From Octopus sinensis (lineage: Eukaryota): 64,000 nucleotides of DNA. A program made the position numbers and the translations under genes. Location of the stretch: positions 100,626,001 to 100,690,000 of the forward strand of contig NC_042997.1 in NCBI RefSeq assembly GCF_006345805.1, in the 5' to 3' direction. Positions 11,446 to 25,961 of the stretch are shown piece after piece (within the stretch, counting starts at the first letter, position 1; each line of letters starts with the position of its first letter). The notes under the pieces are model-generated. The model had not been told where the DNA came from. It did not search any database and worked only from the letters and a program-made list of their open reading frames with translations.

Positions 11446-13742
11446 AGACAGGGGAGAGAAAATTGTGATTTCACAGGAGAGAACTGTGTCTGCATGGATG
11501 ATGGTGCACTTGCTTTTAATGATTCTGAAAAGAGGCTTGGCGAGGCCATTATGAAAGACTACTGAATATGGAGAGTGAATGGGAGGAGGAGATCTTGCCA
11601 AATATCAACCCAGTAGAGGGAGCAGCTATCTCAATAGACAGCTCCCTAGTAGATAAAGCAATTAAGGTATGAAGCCAGGAAAAGCCCCTGGCCCATCAGG
11701 AATTACTGCTGAGATGCTTAAAACATCTGGTAGTGTGGGCTCTGGCCTAGTCAGCTGCATTGTAAACCAGGTAGTTCATGATGGAGTCATACCCAATGAC
11801 TGGCGTATTAGCACCATAGTCAACTGCTACAAGGGTAAAGGTGATGCTCTAGATAGAAATAACTGCAGGTGTAATAAAATTGCTGGATCAAGTGATGAAG
11901 GTCACGGAGAGGGTCATAGCCAATCTCATTAGGGAGGGAGTTTGCTTGATGAGATGCAGTTCGGTTTTGTGCTGGGTAGAAGCACCACTGATGCCATATT
12001 CCTGATTCGACAACTGCAGGAGAAATATCTAGCTAAAGATAAACCCCTCTATTTAGCTTTTGTGGACTTAGAAAAAGCCTTTGACAAGGTTCCCCGATCC
12101 CTTATCTGGTGGGCGATGCAGAAACTGGAGATTGACGACTGGTTAAAAAGGGCTGTACAGGCCCTATACAGAGAGGCCGTTAGTAAGGTCAGGATTGGCA
12201 ATGAGTATAGTGAAGAATTCCAGGTAGAAGTAGGGTTCTACCAAGGTTCAGCCCTTAGTCCCCTTCTATTCATCATAGTCCTCCAGGCAATAACAGAGGA
12301 ATTCCAGGCGGATTGCCCCTGGGAGCTCCTCTATGCTGATGATCTAGCCCTCATTGCAGAATCATTACCGGAACTAGAAAAGAAATTTCGGGTGTGGAAG
12401 CTAGGTTTAGAATCAAAGGGCCTTAGAGTCAATGTAGTAAAGACCAAAGTTCTAGTAAGTAGGAAGGTGAAGTCATCACACACACCCTCAGGTAGGTGGC
12501 CCTGCTCGATCTGTAGAAAAGGTGTAGGTAGAAACTCCATCAGATGTACCCAGTGTATGGATGCATAAGAGGTTCAGCAATATCAAAGGAAAATTAACCG
12601 AGAAGATAGCTTTCGTGTGTGGCAGATGCGCAGGGGCAATAGACACCACAGATACTCAGAAAAGAGATTCCATCACACTCCATGGGGAGAAACTAGAAGT
12701 AGTTGATAGCTTCCGCTACCTAGGTGACCAAGTTAGTAGTGGGAGTGGATACTCATTAGAATAAGAATAGCCTGGGCAAAGTTTAGAAAGCTTCTACCCC
12801 AACTGGTGACAAAGGGTTTCTTGCTCAGAGTGAAAGGTAGATTGTACAATGCTTGTGTGCGAACTGCCATGCTTCATGGCAGTGAAACATGGGCTGTGAC
12901 TGGAGGACATGCGTAGAGCTGAAAGAAATGAAGCTAGCATGATCTGCTGGATGTATAATGTCAGTGTGCACACATGACAGAGTGTAAGTGCCCTGAGAGA
13001 AATGTTGGATATAAGAAGCATCGGATGTGGAGTGCAAGAGAGACGTTTGCACTGGTATGGTCATGGACTATGGATAGATGAGGAGAGATGTGTGAAGAAG
13101 TGCCACCCCCAAACAGTTGAAGGAATCCATGGTAGAGGTAGACTCAGGAAGATATGGGATGAGGCGGTCAAGCATGACCTTTGAACATTGAGCCTCACAG
13201 AGGCAATGACAAAAGACTGACACCTCTGGGGATATGCTATGACTGTGAAGACCTGACAAATAAAGTGAGTATCCTACACCAGCTTCACATAACCAGCCCA
13301 TTCAAAGTACCTTGGATCGCAGGAAGCCGGCAGTGCTTACCTTGGCTTGTGGGGTGACCTGCTGTGCTTGAGGAGACCTATTGAGTCACGTACATCAACA
13401 TCAAAATAAAAATCAAACGGATTTGTAGTTGTGATACCTGTGCTGGTGGCACGTAAAAAGCACCATCCGAACATGGCCAATGCCAGGGCTGGCTTCCGTG
13501 CTGTTGGCAAGTAAAAAGCACCAACCGATTGTGGCTGTTGCCAGCCCCACCTGGCCCTTGTGCCAGTGGCACATAAAAAGCAGCCACTACACTCACAGAG
13601 TAGCTGGTGTTAGGAAGGGCATCCAGCTGTGGAAACATTGCCAGATAAGACTGGATCCTGGTGCAGCCTCCTGGCTTCCCAGACCCCAGTCGAACCATCC
13701 AACCCATGCTAGCATGGAAAACGGACGTTAAACGATGATGAT
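11446..13742 (+). mobile_element. RTE-clade LINE, 5'-truncated, with a decayed RT ORF and a complete 3' UTR
   Basis: MKPGKAPGPSGITAEMLK, QFGFVLGRSTTDAIF, FVDLEKAFD, QGSALSPLLF, LLYADDLAL, CSICRKGVG, RRLHWYGH, all with stops or frameshifts. The 3' UTR ends AAACGGACGTTAAAC(GAT)n. Confidence 0.92.
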
Positions 13743-13746
13743 ATAT

Positions 13747-13780
<34 letters not shown>

Positions 13781-13859
13781 ATATAATAAATAAATAAATA
13801 AAATATATGCATATGTACATACATATATGTACATACTTACATCTACATGTATATATACA

Positions 13860-13901
<42 letters not shown>

Positions 13902-14089
13902 TACAGGACACCACAAATAAACGTAGAACACAACGAGAGACGAGAACATAAAATCAAACAAGGAAACAGACTTTTTTTTAACAACGAAAAAACAAGGAAA
14001 TAGACTTTTTTTAAAACAACGAAAAAACAGAGTACAGGACAAACAATACACACAGACGTATATATATGCATACACACGCACATATGTGT

Positions 14090-14270
14090 CTTTGCCATTT
14101 GACAACTGTTGGTTTGTTTACATTCCCATAACAGTTTGGCAAAAGAAACTGATAGAATACATGCCAAATGTGAAAGGAAAGTAAGTACTGGTGTCAATTT
14201 GACTCAACGTTTCAAGGTTGGGTCCCAGGATGGGTGCAATTTAATGACTGAAACAAATAAAATGTCAGGT
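14090..14270 (+). mobile_element. tRNA-derived SINE 3' half (octopus OK/OR-like; exact family not verified)
   Basis: TTGACAAC...GGCAAAAGAAACTGATAG...GACTGAAACAAATAAAA matches the tail of the full copy at 63405-63830. Confidence 0.7.
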
Positions 14271-14604
14271 GAGAAAGTTATTTTGTTAGTGCATGTGTCC
14301 CAGTATGACATTTCCTCTCTTCATTATTTTATACCCATTTCTTCATGCTTAGTGTATGGGTGTAATGGCTCTCATAAATTTGAACCTCTGTATTATCTTA
14401 CATCTCATTACAGATGTTATAGATTAGTGTCGTTTTTCCTTTAGTGTGTGTACTCAGCAAAATGTTGGAAATTCAGTCATCCGTGTAAATATTATGGAAG
14501 AACAGAATGTGATGAGTGATTCACTTGATTACAAGTCTTATGACACTTAGTCTGTCTTGGTAGAATCTCTGGGACTAAGCTTTTATCTTGTCTCCAGGAC
14601 TTAT
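14197..14604 (+). repeat. ~400-bp local duplication, copy 2
   Basis: See 9143-9547. Confidence 0.92.
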
Positions 14605-14621
14605 TTATGCATATATATCTG

Positions 14622-14653
<32 letters not shown>

Positions 14654-14680
14654 TAGATATATATATATATATACATTGTA

Positions 14681-14965
14681 TTGGTCTCTTTTACTGAATT
14701 ACTAAGTTATGGGGATGTAACAAGTTGTGAAGCTGTGATGGGTGATAAACAAAGACTTCGGCACACGTTCTCTCTCTCTCTCTCTCTCTCTCATACACAC
14801 ACACGATGGGGTTCTTTCAGCTTCTGTCTACAAAATGCACTCAAGGCATTTTGTTGGCCTGGGGGTGTTTAGTAGAAGACATTAGCCCAAGGTGCCATGC
14901 AGTGGGACTGATTCAGGAACCATGTGGTTGGGAAAGAAGCTTCTTGCCACACTGGTCTGCTAAAC
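14681..14965 (-). mobile_element. tRNA-derived SINE
   Basis: Reverse complement of the family at 63405 (AACCACATGGTT...CCCACTGC...CCTTGGGC). Confidence 0.75.
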
Positions 14966-16351
14966 CTGCTCTGATTGAGTGGACCTACGATGATAGGTAT
15001 TCCATTGGTGATCCTATCATTTATTCTAACATATTATATCGTGGATGGGATAACATCATCCAATATAGTCTTCATTTCTAAGACATTGAGGTGTGATTTA
15101 AAAGAAATTTTGCTGCTATTTCTAGCAAGCCAAGCAACTATGTAGTGACTCCCATGGCAGATTCAATTAGTATGCAGCAGTCTTAGTCTTTATTGCTTGC
15201 TATTCACTGACATGGTTTTATGAGAGTTTCAGTTTCCTTGGTTGACTTTTCAATAAATAAGCCAAACTTTTATTAGTGTTTCTCTACCATGTCCAAAATG
15301 GAATATATTTCCATTTCAGCTTAATTGGGTAAAAATTAGAGTGTGATCTGTCATGTGATAGATAATACTGTATACCTTTGCCACCATGGATGAAATCAGG
15401 AAACATAGAAATATATATATCTTCATCGTCGTCATTTAGCATCCATCTTCTAGGTTGACATGAGCTGGACAGTCTGACGAAGGCTGGAGAGCTGTACTAG
15501 GTTCCAGCTTAATTTGGTTTTGTTTCTATGGATGGATGACTTTCCTAATGCAAACCATTTTACAGTGTGTGCTGGATGCTTTTTACGTGGCACTAGCACG
15601 AGTGCTTAGGCACAGGTGTGTTCCACATGGACTGGTACAGATGTGTTTCACGTGGACCTGTAGGGATGCTTTTTATGTGGACTAGTATGGGTGCTTTTTA
15701 TAGGGACCAGCATGAATAATTATTTATCAAATTTCTTGGTACTTTTAGAAAATGATAAAATTAATAATTTTCTAATTAAAACATTCCTCTCATTTACTCC
15801 CTGTCTCCATGAGTCTTTCTCACTCAATGTGTGTGTGTGTGTGTGTGTGTGGTGTTCATTTACTCATTGCCTGCCACCAAGCCTACTATAGACCCTCATC
15901 TTGTGCCTGTTGTTTAATCTCTCTGCCTATCTCTATATGATTTAAAGCATGACTGAAGAAATAACCAACAAACCAACATAACATATTTTAAGCAGAAATT
16001 AAAGTTAAAACGTGTTGAAATTTATTGTACATGATTAATATGACGGATTTATAACAAAAGATGTAAATGGACTTTTTAAAAAATACCATGTGAATGTTTT
16101 GATTCTAAAAGGCTTTCATACAGTTATATAACCAGATGTTCAGGTTTCTCATATTTCTTTTTACATTGAACTCATGTTCAATTTGTCATTTTAGGTCAGG
16201 TATGATTCAAATTGTGGGTATTTTTTTGTTGTTTAACAGTTTAGAAAAAAAAAAAAATAAAGCTCGTACTTCAGTGTTTATACTATATACAATACCTCGT
16301 TTGAACTAATGAATCTGACTTTTTAGTGATGTCTTGGTCATGTATATATAT

Positions 16352-18036
<1,685 letters not shown>

Positions 18037-18059
18037 TAGTTTCAGCTTTGAAAAGTTTT

Positions 18060-18385
18060 TAGTCAAATGAATCAACTCTACTATTTATTTTTTAAAGCCT
18101 GGTACTTATTTTATCAGTCACTTTTGCTGAACTGCTAAGTTACAAGAATGTAAACACACCAGCATCAGTTGTCAAGCAGTGGGCGGGTAAGGGAGACAAA
18201 CACAAAAACACACATATATGCATACACATATATGACAGGCTTCTTTTAGTTTCTGTCTACTGAATCCACTCACAAGGCTTTGGTTGGCCTGAGGCTATAG
18301 TACACCTGCCCAAGGTGCTACGTAGTGGGATTGAACCCGAAACTATGTGGTTGGGAAGCAAGCTTTTCATACCCATGCCTGTGCC
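18060..18385 (-). mobile_element. tRNA-derived SINE
   Basis: Reverse complement of the 63405 family. Confidence 0.75.
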
Positions 18386-18399
18386 TATATATAAATATC

Positions 18400-18670
18400 A
18401 TGGACTCTCCTGTCATTAGATGGCATGAGGATTCGACTTGTTTATTGTAATCAAATGTTTGTGTTCACACAAGCTCACTCCCTCCCTCAAATTGACATTA
18501 CCTGTACAGGTGCACCATATGCCACATGTCAGATGAGGAAATGATCACAGAGCAGGTTGAAATGGAGTGTTTTGCTCAAGAACACAACGTGACGTCTGGT
18601 CTGGGAATCGAACCCACAATCTCACAATTGTGAGTGCAACGCCCTAACCACTAAGCCATGCACCTTCACA
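18400..18670 (-). mobile_element. tRNA-derived SINE (second family)
   Basis: Minus-strand A box TGGCTTAGTGG and B box GGTTCGATTCC. Related copies lie at ~44865-45080 (+) and ~61320-61490 (-). Confidence 0.75.
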
Positions 18671-19255
18671 CACACACATATTGTCAATCACTGGTTATAA
18701 GCTACTATCTTGCCTGTTTCTCTTGTCTATTGATTTGTCCTTCTGTACTTGTTCCATAGCATTTCTTCAATTATCATTTAGGTGCTAGGCATAGCTATAT
18801 CATTAAGAGGCTTGCTTTGCAACCATATAGCTTTGGGTTCAGTCCTACCGTGCTTCACTTTGAAGTAAAGTCTTCTATAATTCTGGACTGACCAATGCCT
18901 TATGAGTGAATTTGGTGGATAGACACTGTTATTTATGATGTATTTCATTTCAGTTACGTTCATATGAATAAATGAGTGTATCTGAAACATGTTTACTTTA
19001 TGACACCATCATAATCGTTTGTGCATTTCTCCTGCTTTTTAGGTTTTTTTCCCCCTGTTTTTCAGCTACTATTTTTGGAAAGACTTCCTCCCATCCCCCA
19101 TTTTCTCGCAAATTATTGTATTTAAAAAAAAAATTTTTTTGACAAAAACCTCGCTTTTCAGATACAGAGATCCTGGGAAATTGCCAGAAATCAAATTTTT
19201 GAAATTTTTTGGCCCCCTTACCCCCCTCCAATTTCTTCATTTTTCACTTTTTCTT

Positions 19256-19352
19256 TAACCCTAACCCTAACACCGTAACCCTAAAACCACAACCCTAAAA
19301 CCCTAATCCTAACACCGTAACCCTAAAATCCTAACCCCCTAAAGCTAAAACC
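19256..19352. repeat. Degenerate telomere-like (CCCTAA)n tract inside an interspersed repeat (~19000-19630)
   Basis: TAACCCTAACCCTAACACCGTAACCCTAAAACCACAACCCTAAAACCCTAATCCTAAC... Confidence 0.7.
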
Positions 19353-20289
19353 AGTACAAACACACGAATGATGTCATAAATAACAGTGACAAACGAAATA
19401 TACACCGCCGATAGTTGTTGACAAACAACAGCAGTAATTTTATTCAGCTGAATACACATCATTTATTGGTTGAAATTACTGAAATACAACAACTTTAACA
19501 TGAAATAACTTCGTAAATAGAAACTTTTCTCAACAACACTAAGAGTAAAATATGTTTTAGCTGACATAGTCTACCAGTGTCCGAAGTTTGAAAGTGCTTA
19601 GTTACAAAAAATTAATTTCTCGATCTACAATGAAAGTGAAAAGATGCTTGGAAACAGGTGAGGGTTGGTAACAGGAGCACCATCCACCCACAGCAAATCT
19701 ACAGCAAATTCTTTGTGACCAATGCCAGCATTGGAAAAGTGGACATTTTATGATGATGATGTATGTACTTGTTGAAGGAGTCTTTTCCAGAGTTGCTGAG
19801 TAGTTCACTATTGTGATAGACAGATGGGCAAGTGTCTTCTAATGTACCACTAGGTCAGTCATAGCCTTGTGAGTGGATTTGGTAGACAGAAACTGAAAGA
19901 AGCCCATTGTGTATGTCTGCATATATATATATATATGTATTTTTACGTGCCACTGCACATAAAATGCACTCAACCCATGCCAGCATGGCTATTTGTAACT
20001 TGTAAACAAGTGTCATCATCATGCAAGGAGTGTCCTTCATTTTCAGTCTTCTGCAAAAACGTCTGGTCATGGGAAAATATTATTTTGGTAACAGGAGAGG
20101 ACTGGCAAACAGGAAGGGCATCTGTCTAGAAAATCTGCCTCAACAAATCCCATTTGTCCCATGCAAGTATGGAAAAGTAGGTGTTAAAAATCAAGATGAT
20201 TGATATATATATAGTTGATAAGTGCTAATGCAAGAAGCTGTCAGCCCTTGAATTATTCTGTTGCTTCTGCTAAATATTAATATAATAAA

Positions 20290-20332
<43 letters not shown>

Positions 20333-20597
20333 GAAAAATACAAACTGGGACAAGAACACACTTAAGTTTTAAGTTCTACTTTTCCTGTTTGCATCCCCAA
20401 ACCTGTATATACACACTGTGTTAGCAGATAACATCTGCTTCATAATTTGTCCCTAATGATTACGTTCTGATGTTAAAATTTTCTCATTTGTATTGCGTAG
20501 CATTTTACATTATTTGGTAACAAATATTTTTAGAAATATGTAGCACATATTGTATAGATATATTTATATATAATTGTATATTTTATGTTGTTTGTAG

Positions 20598-20738
20598 GTT
20601 TCAAGTGAACAATGTCTTCTGGACAATCGAAGAATGGCTCGAGTTCCACCAAAAGTGAAATCCCCTGATGAAATAACAGAAGCTGATTTAGAATTGGTTG
20701 CTGAGTATGTTAGCCAAAAGAAATATGACAGTTTATGT
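20598..20738 (+). CDS. CDCA7: CDCA7-like, first identified coding exon
   Basis: TTTGTAG acceptor and GTAAGT donor. The frame is open across the exon: VSSEQCLLDNRRMARVPPKVKSPDEITEADLELVAEYVSQKKYDSLC, resembling vertebrate RPVEEITEEEL...KIYN..LG. An ATG lies at 20634. Confidence 0.88.
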
Positions 20739-20776
20739 GTAAGTATAAGTATGCTGTTAAGATTTGGAGAATTTAA

Positions 20777-20985
20777 CCCTTTAGTATCTAACTGGCCATA
20801 TCCAGCTCATATTTTCTACCTGTTTTACATTAAAACTGGCCTCTCACACCTACCCTACAATGTTATTCTACAGATAAGCAATTGTGCCAATGAAATCTTG
20901 AAGTTTTCAGATAATGCATTATTATTTCAAAACAATGTGAATAAATATGCATTACATTTGACAGAATAATCTGAATGCTAAAGGG
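20777..20985 (+). mobile_element. piggyBac-type MITE, copy 1
   Basis: TTAA|CCCTTTAG ... CTAAAGGG|TTAA. Confidence 0.85.
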
Positions 20986-21559
20986 TTAAATTTCAACTTA
21001 TATTTTATTAAATTTAAGACTTAATGAAACCAAATGATTCTTTAACTTTTTTGTTTATATTTCTGACCAAAATACACCCCTTGTGAGTTTCAATTAAATT
21101 CTAAAATAATCATGAATTTAGACTAGCTTCATTAAACAACTGTAACTTATTTTCCTTATCAACATGATATTTGGAACATAATTGAAAAAAGGGTTCTTAA
21201 TTCTATTGCATAATTTTTGTCTCAAAGTGACTCTAGTTACAGGTAAATCCAGGTAAACTGAGCAAAATGTAAAAATATTAAAATTTTGTTTAAACATTAC
21301 CATAGAAATGAGTCATCAATGTTGCATACACAATATTCAATTGGGTATGCAACAAAATTTTGATACAGAAGAATAGTGCACATCACCAGATTATCAGTTG
21401 AAATTAAATCACAGATAAAGGTAAAATAAAGTAAAATACTGGAATTTGTTTTTGAAGAAAATTAAATACATCAACTAAATGAAATCTACTCACACATATA
21501 CATGAATAATCAGGAACATATATAACAAAGATTTACAGAAATTAAATCAAAATTTGTCA

Positions 21560-22668
21560 CTCACCTTACAGGTAAATTAAAATAAAATGTAAAACGAAGT
21601 AAAATCGAAAAATATTTATACAATCTATACAATATTCATACAATATTTCTATCATGGAAAGTCGTAAAACATCCCACTCTACATACTGCAATCTTGCAGA
21701 ATGTATATTGGAAAGACGTTTCAACTGGCCGTCCACTGGGAGTTTTTCATTGTTATAGCCATTCACAGCACTGCCTTTTACTACCCCCGATTTTTGTTTC
21801 TAATTTATGTAGATCAGCTGAACTCAGAGGGGTATCTCTCTGGCAGGCTTTGCCTTTCCTTCCTGCCGTTATTTTTTGGAGGAATAACCTGCCCTCAACT
21901 GCGTTGCTACATCTGCTTGGAACTGCAGATTGTTGCACTGCTTGTGAGCCCCTCCTGATTTAAATGCATTTACAATGCTCATGTTTACTATATACCAAAC
22001 CAGGTATCACCACCATTTATTACCTGGTCTACTAACTGGATAATAACTCATCTGGTTCAGTTGATGTACACTGCCCATGTACTTGTTACAATCAAGGTTC
22101 ACAAACGGGTAGCCATTTTCATCAACACATGGATGTGCACTGATAGATAGAAAATTTATCTGCCTCTTATCTCTGTATGCAGTTGCTAGCAGATTTCCTT
22201 TATGCCACGGGATTATTTCACCTCTTTTTTTAAATTTTGCTTTTTTTATATCCAATGGCAGCCCTTTTCTACCAGTAATTACTGTAGCACATATATACGT
22301 TGTCACAGCTTATAAATCCACCGCAAGTTTGACCAAACTAAAAAAATCAGTAAAAAAATAATATACAGCCTTGGTTATAGTATGGAAGTGATAAATTCCA
22401 GACTACATCATACCCTAGGCCATGCTGACTAACATTATTGTGTCTTTTTCCCTGTATAAAAACTAAATCTACAGCAGTACCCAGTATTTGCTTCATAAAT
22501 TTTCCAAACTTTGATCCCCCATTTCGTGGGCTTTCCTGGCATATATTGTCAGAAGTGTACCCTTCCTTTATACTCCACCATGCCCTCATCGACAGATAAG
22601 TATCTCTCTGGGTTGTAAAATGTTTTATATGCATTTTGAACGCAGTCGATGAGGTTGGTATTGAAAGG
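21560..22668 (-). pseudogene. Decayed piggyBac (PGBD4-like) transposase remnant with one terminus
   Basis: Fragments HGLGYDVVWNLSLPYYNQG, CATVITGRKGLP, AYRDKRQINFLS, NKYMGSVHQLNQM..Y...R...KWW and a C-terminal Cys-rich part. AAGGG|TTAA lies at ~22664-22672. Confidence 0.75.
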
Positions 22669-24564
22669 GTTAAGCATCTCTTCTAATTTTCATAGGGGTG
22701 GGAGAAGAATGATGTGATGGCTGACAGCAAATTCAAATGGTTTCAATGAGGAGGTGAAACCGAATTGTATGCTTTGCTTTTTGAAAACTTTAGTTCTTAT
22801 TCTATGTTATTATATTTAGAATATGTGTTGTTTATCCCCAGGTAAGCTTGTAATCATAGGCATTCCAACTGTAACAATCCTGAGGTTACTTTTCTGTGTG
22901 TCACTTATTCATGTTGGCAGCACATGATTTGACACAGATTTGACTGTTATTCCTTGTAGGTTAAGCAATAGTACAGAGGTATCTCGTTTGCTTATATAAC
23001 AAGTAATCTTTATAACTAGTCTTCAGTCATTCTCATTTAAGTGTGTCATGGGTTTGAAATCTTTATCAAGAACACAATGCACATGTCTTAATTTAGTTGA
23101 TTGCAATTCCGAAAAGATGTTAATACATTGATAAAAGTAATGATGGATAATCACTAAGCAAATGTACAAAATTGTATACTGGTTCATGATTGTCATTGTT
23201 TTCAACATCCACATTTCCATGCGTGCATGGGATTAGTTGAGGTGGATCTTTTATGGTTGGATGCCCTTCCCTGTCACCAACCCCTACCTGCTTCCAAGCT
23301 AAGTAATATTTTCCCATGATCAGATCTGTATTCATGACAGACTGGAAACAAAAGATACCACTTGCCTTACTGTAACATTTGTTTACAACCATCATGCATG
23401 TACACATATGCACACACAACAGGTTTCTTTGAATTTCCATCTCCCAAATACACTCACAGGTCTTTGGTTGGTCTAGGGCTTATAATAAAAGATACTTGTC
23501 CAAAGTGCTGTGGAATGGGATTGAATCTAGAGCCATGTGGTTGGGAAGCAACCTTCATACCATACAGCCATATCTGCGCCTATACTGGTTGATGTAGAAA
23601 AATATCCATATTGTATTGATAATTTTCCAGATAGTTATGAGAAGTAATAATTTAGTTAAATTCTTTTGTCTTTTTGCTCCAAAAGATTTTGTTTCCTTTA
23701 TTGATGTATGTATTCATATTTTTATATTGCTCCAAGGGTGGTGAACGGGCAGAATTATTAAACATTGGACAAAATGCCTTGCGGTATATATTCTTGTTCT
23801 TTATGTTCTAATTTTAAAATCCTGCTGGAGTCCAGTTGTCTTTCATCCTTCCAGGGTTGATAAAACAAAAATACCTATTCTAGTATTGTAGTGGATTAAT
23901 CAACTAATCCTGCGCTTCAAATTTCTGGTCTTGTTTCTCTGTTAGAAGTATTTTTTTTATATTACTCTTTTGATGTTTACTTTCATATTTTCCTATTTGT
24001 ATTACATTTCTTATCACATTAAAAACATTCTGAAATGAACATAATTGCTTTTACAGCATCTTAAGCTGAATTGCCTTCATATTCATTATTAATAATTTGG
24101 TGAAAATTTTGATATAATTTAAGTATTAGGTGTTTATCCTTGTCTATAAGCAAATATATTAAACTTTTTGCTACCATATTTCTATTGAAAAATGCTGCCT
24201 TTATTTTGATTACTGCAAAACCCCATGTAATTTGTGCACCTGTGTAATTTATGCAGGTGATTTTCAGGATAAAATTTGTTAAAAAAAAAGCTTCTATTCA
24301 TGTAAAATTTGCGCCCAAAAGTTTTCAGAATTGCTGATATGGCCAGGGGAAAAAGGTTTTCAATTTTGTTGTATTTAGCATAATTTCACTTATGATTAGA
24401 TTTTATTAAATTTTCCTTAGATAAAAATAATTTCAGCTTAACAGGTATCACATTAAAAGCTATTAAATTACAAAGTGTTTGTGTTGTTTATAATAAACTT
24501 TATTTCACATTTCTTGCCCACTGGAGATTATGTCCGATCTTTAGCATACTGCTGTATGTCTTAA

Positions 24565-24780
24565 CCCTTTAGTGTTTAAACCAGCCATATCCGGCCCAAA
24601 TATTCTATGTTTTATATTCAAACTGGCAATATCTAGCCTCTCACACCTAACCTACAATGCCATTCTAAAAGTAATTCACATCATTGAAACCTCAAAGCTA
24701 TGAGATAATGTTTGATTAATTCAAAACAATTTGAATAAAAAAAATATTACATTTAACGGAGTAATCTGAACACTAAAGGG
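24565..24780 (+). mobile_element. piggyBac-type MITE, copy 2
   Basis: TTAA|CCCTTTAG ... CTAAAGGG|TTAA. Confidence 0.88.
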
Positions 24781-25511
24781 TTAAATAACAATCTCAGGAA
24801 AAGTTGTTAAGAATTGTCAACAAAACAAAGTTGATAAATACGCACAGGTGTTGCAAATTAGGTTTAATCACTAAGAAACATTGATGGTTTTAGTAAATTT
24901 ATACAATAAAAGTAAGCATTATACCATCCAAGTCAACTTCATTATATTTAAGCCCTTATTTTTTCTGTAAAAACCTATTCTGATATTAAATGAGTGAACT
25001 TCTGGTACAAAAAAAAAGATTTAAAAAAATAATTCTAGTAAAGATCTACTCCTGTAATTTATATACCCTTAAAGTTTATTTTTGCTTCCCTGCCCCATGC
25101 TTAAATTACATGGGCTTTTACGGTAAATTTGAAAATAATATATAATTTTGCAAGTAACTTTGTACTTATTAAACTGGTGTTTAGAACATAAATTAACATG
25201 CAACAATTTTGATGGAAGGGTTTAAAATCACTTTAAAATAGAAGTTTGTATCAGAGTGCCAGGTGTTATCTCAGGCAAGCTGGTATCAAACTTTAAAATA
25301 TCTGTTTTGGGTAGACTGTGGTAGACAGCTCATGCTGTTATTTATTCTTATAGGGTTACAAAGAGAAATAGGTCATTGTAGTAACTCAATCAAACCAATT
25401 ACTTATCTTATGTTTGGCTATATGAATATTTGCTTATTCCTTAAATAAAGTTATGAAATTGCTTAGTAATACAAAATTTTAATCTGTTCCCATTTTTGCT
25501 TTTTGTTTTAG

Positions 25512-25598
25512 GGTACAACATGCCATCAGTGCCGGCAAAAGACATCAGATATGAAGACTATTTGTCGGTCATCTAACTGTGTTGGTGTTCGGGGTCAA
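25512..25598 (+). CDS. CDCA7: CDCA7-like exon, zf-4CXXC_R1 start
   Basis: TTTTAG|[29 protein letters not shown]|GTAAGT, phase 0/0. Confidence 0.95.
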
Positions 25599-25637
25599 GT
25601 AAGTTGGAGGTTTTGCAACTCTTACATTATGAGTTAA

Positions 25638-25828
25638 CCCTTTAGCATTTCAACCGACCATATCAGGCCCAAATATTCTACCTGTTTTATGCTACCTTAC
25701 AATGTCACCTGCCTTAGAATGTCATTTTAAAAATAGTCACATCATCGAAATTATAAAGTTATAAGTAACTCAAAACAATGTAAATAAATACGCATCATAT
25801 TTGACAGAGTAATCTGAATACTAAAGAG
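25638..25828 (+). mobile_element. piggyBac-type MITE, copy 3
   Basis: TTAA|CCCTTTAG ... CTAAAGAG|TTTAA. It makes up about half of the 363-bp intron. Confidence 0.82.
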
Positions 25829-25961
25829 TTTAACATATTTTGGATTAAATACATTTTGGAAGTTAGTGTATTGTGTGTAATTGTTAATTGATTCAATAAT
25901 AAACTAACTGTAAGATGTATTCCTTGTTTATAATTTTAATAAACTTTTTTTTTACTTATAG

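Noticed and set aside
9143-14604. The 400-bp direct repeats as a giant RTE target-site duplication or as LTRs
   Set aside because: The repeats do not abut the RTE, and the upstream SINE context belongs to the right-hand copy, the opposite of TSD geometry. There are no TG...CA ends or gag/pol.
15378-15440. Perfect Kozak GCCACCATGG as a possible CDCA7 start
   Set aside because: The ORF closes after 17 codons in a repeat boundary, with no donor site or homology.
18400-18670. Genuine tRNA genes at A/B-box-containing loci
   Set aside because: The boxes continue into SINE bodies and no complete cloverleaf or acceptor stem is present.
19256-19352. True telomere or chromosome-fusion site
   Set aside because: The tract is short, degenerate and single-orientation, embedded in a repeat-like context.
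20634-20969. 111-aa ORF read as a single-exon protein
   Set aside because: Homology stops at the GTAAGT donor (20739). The remainder is intron and MITE read-through.
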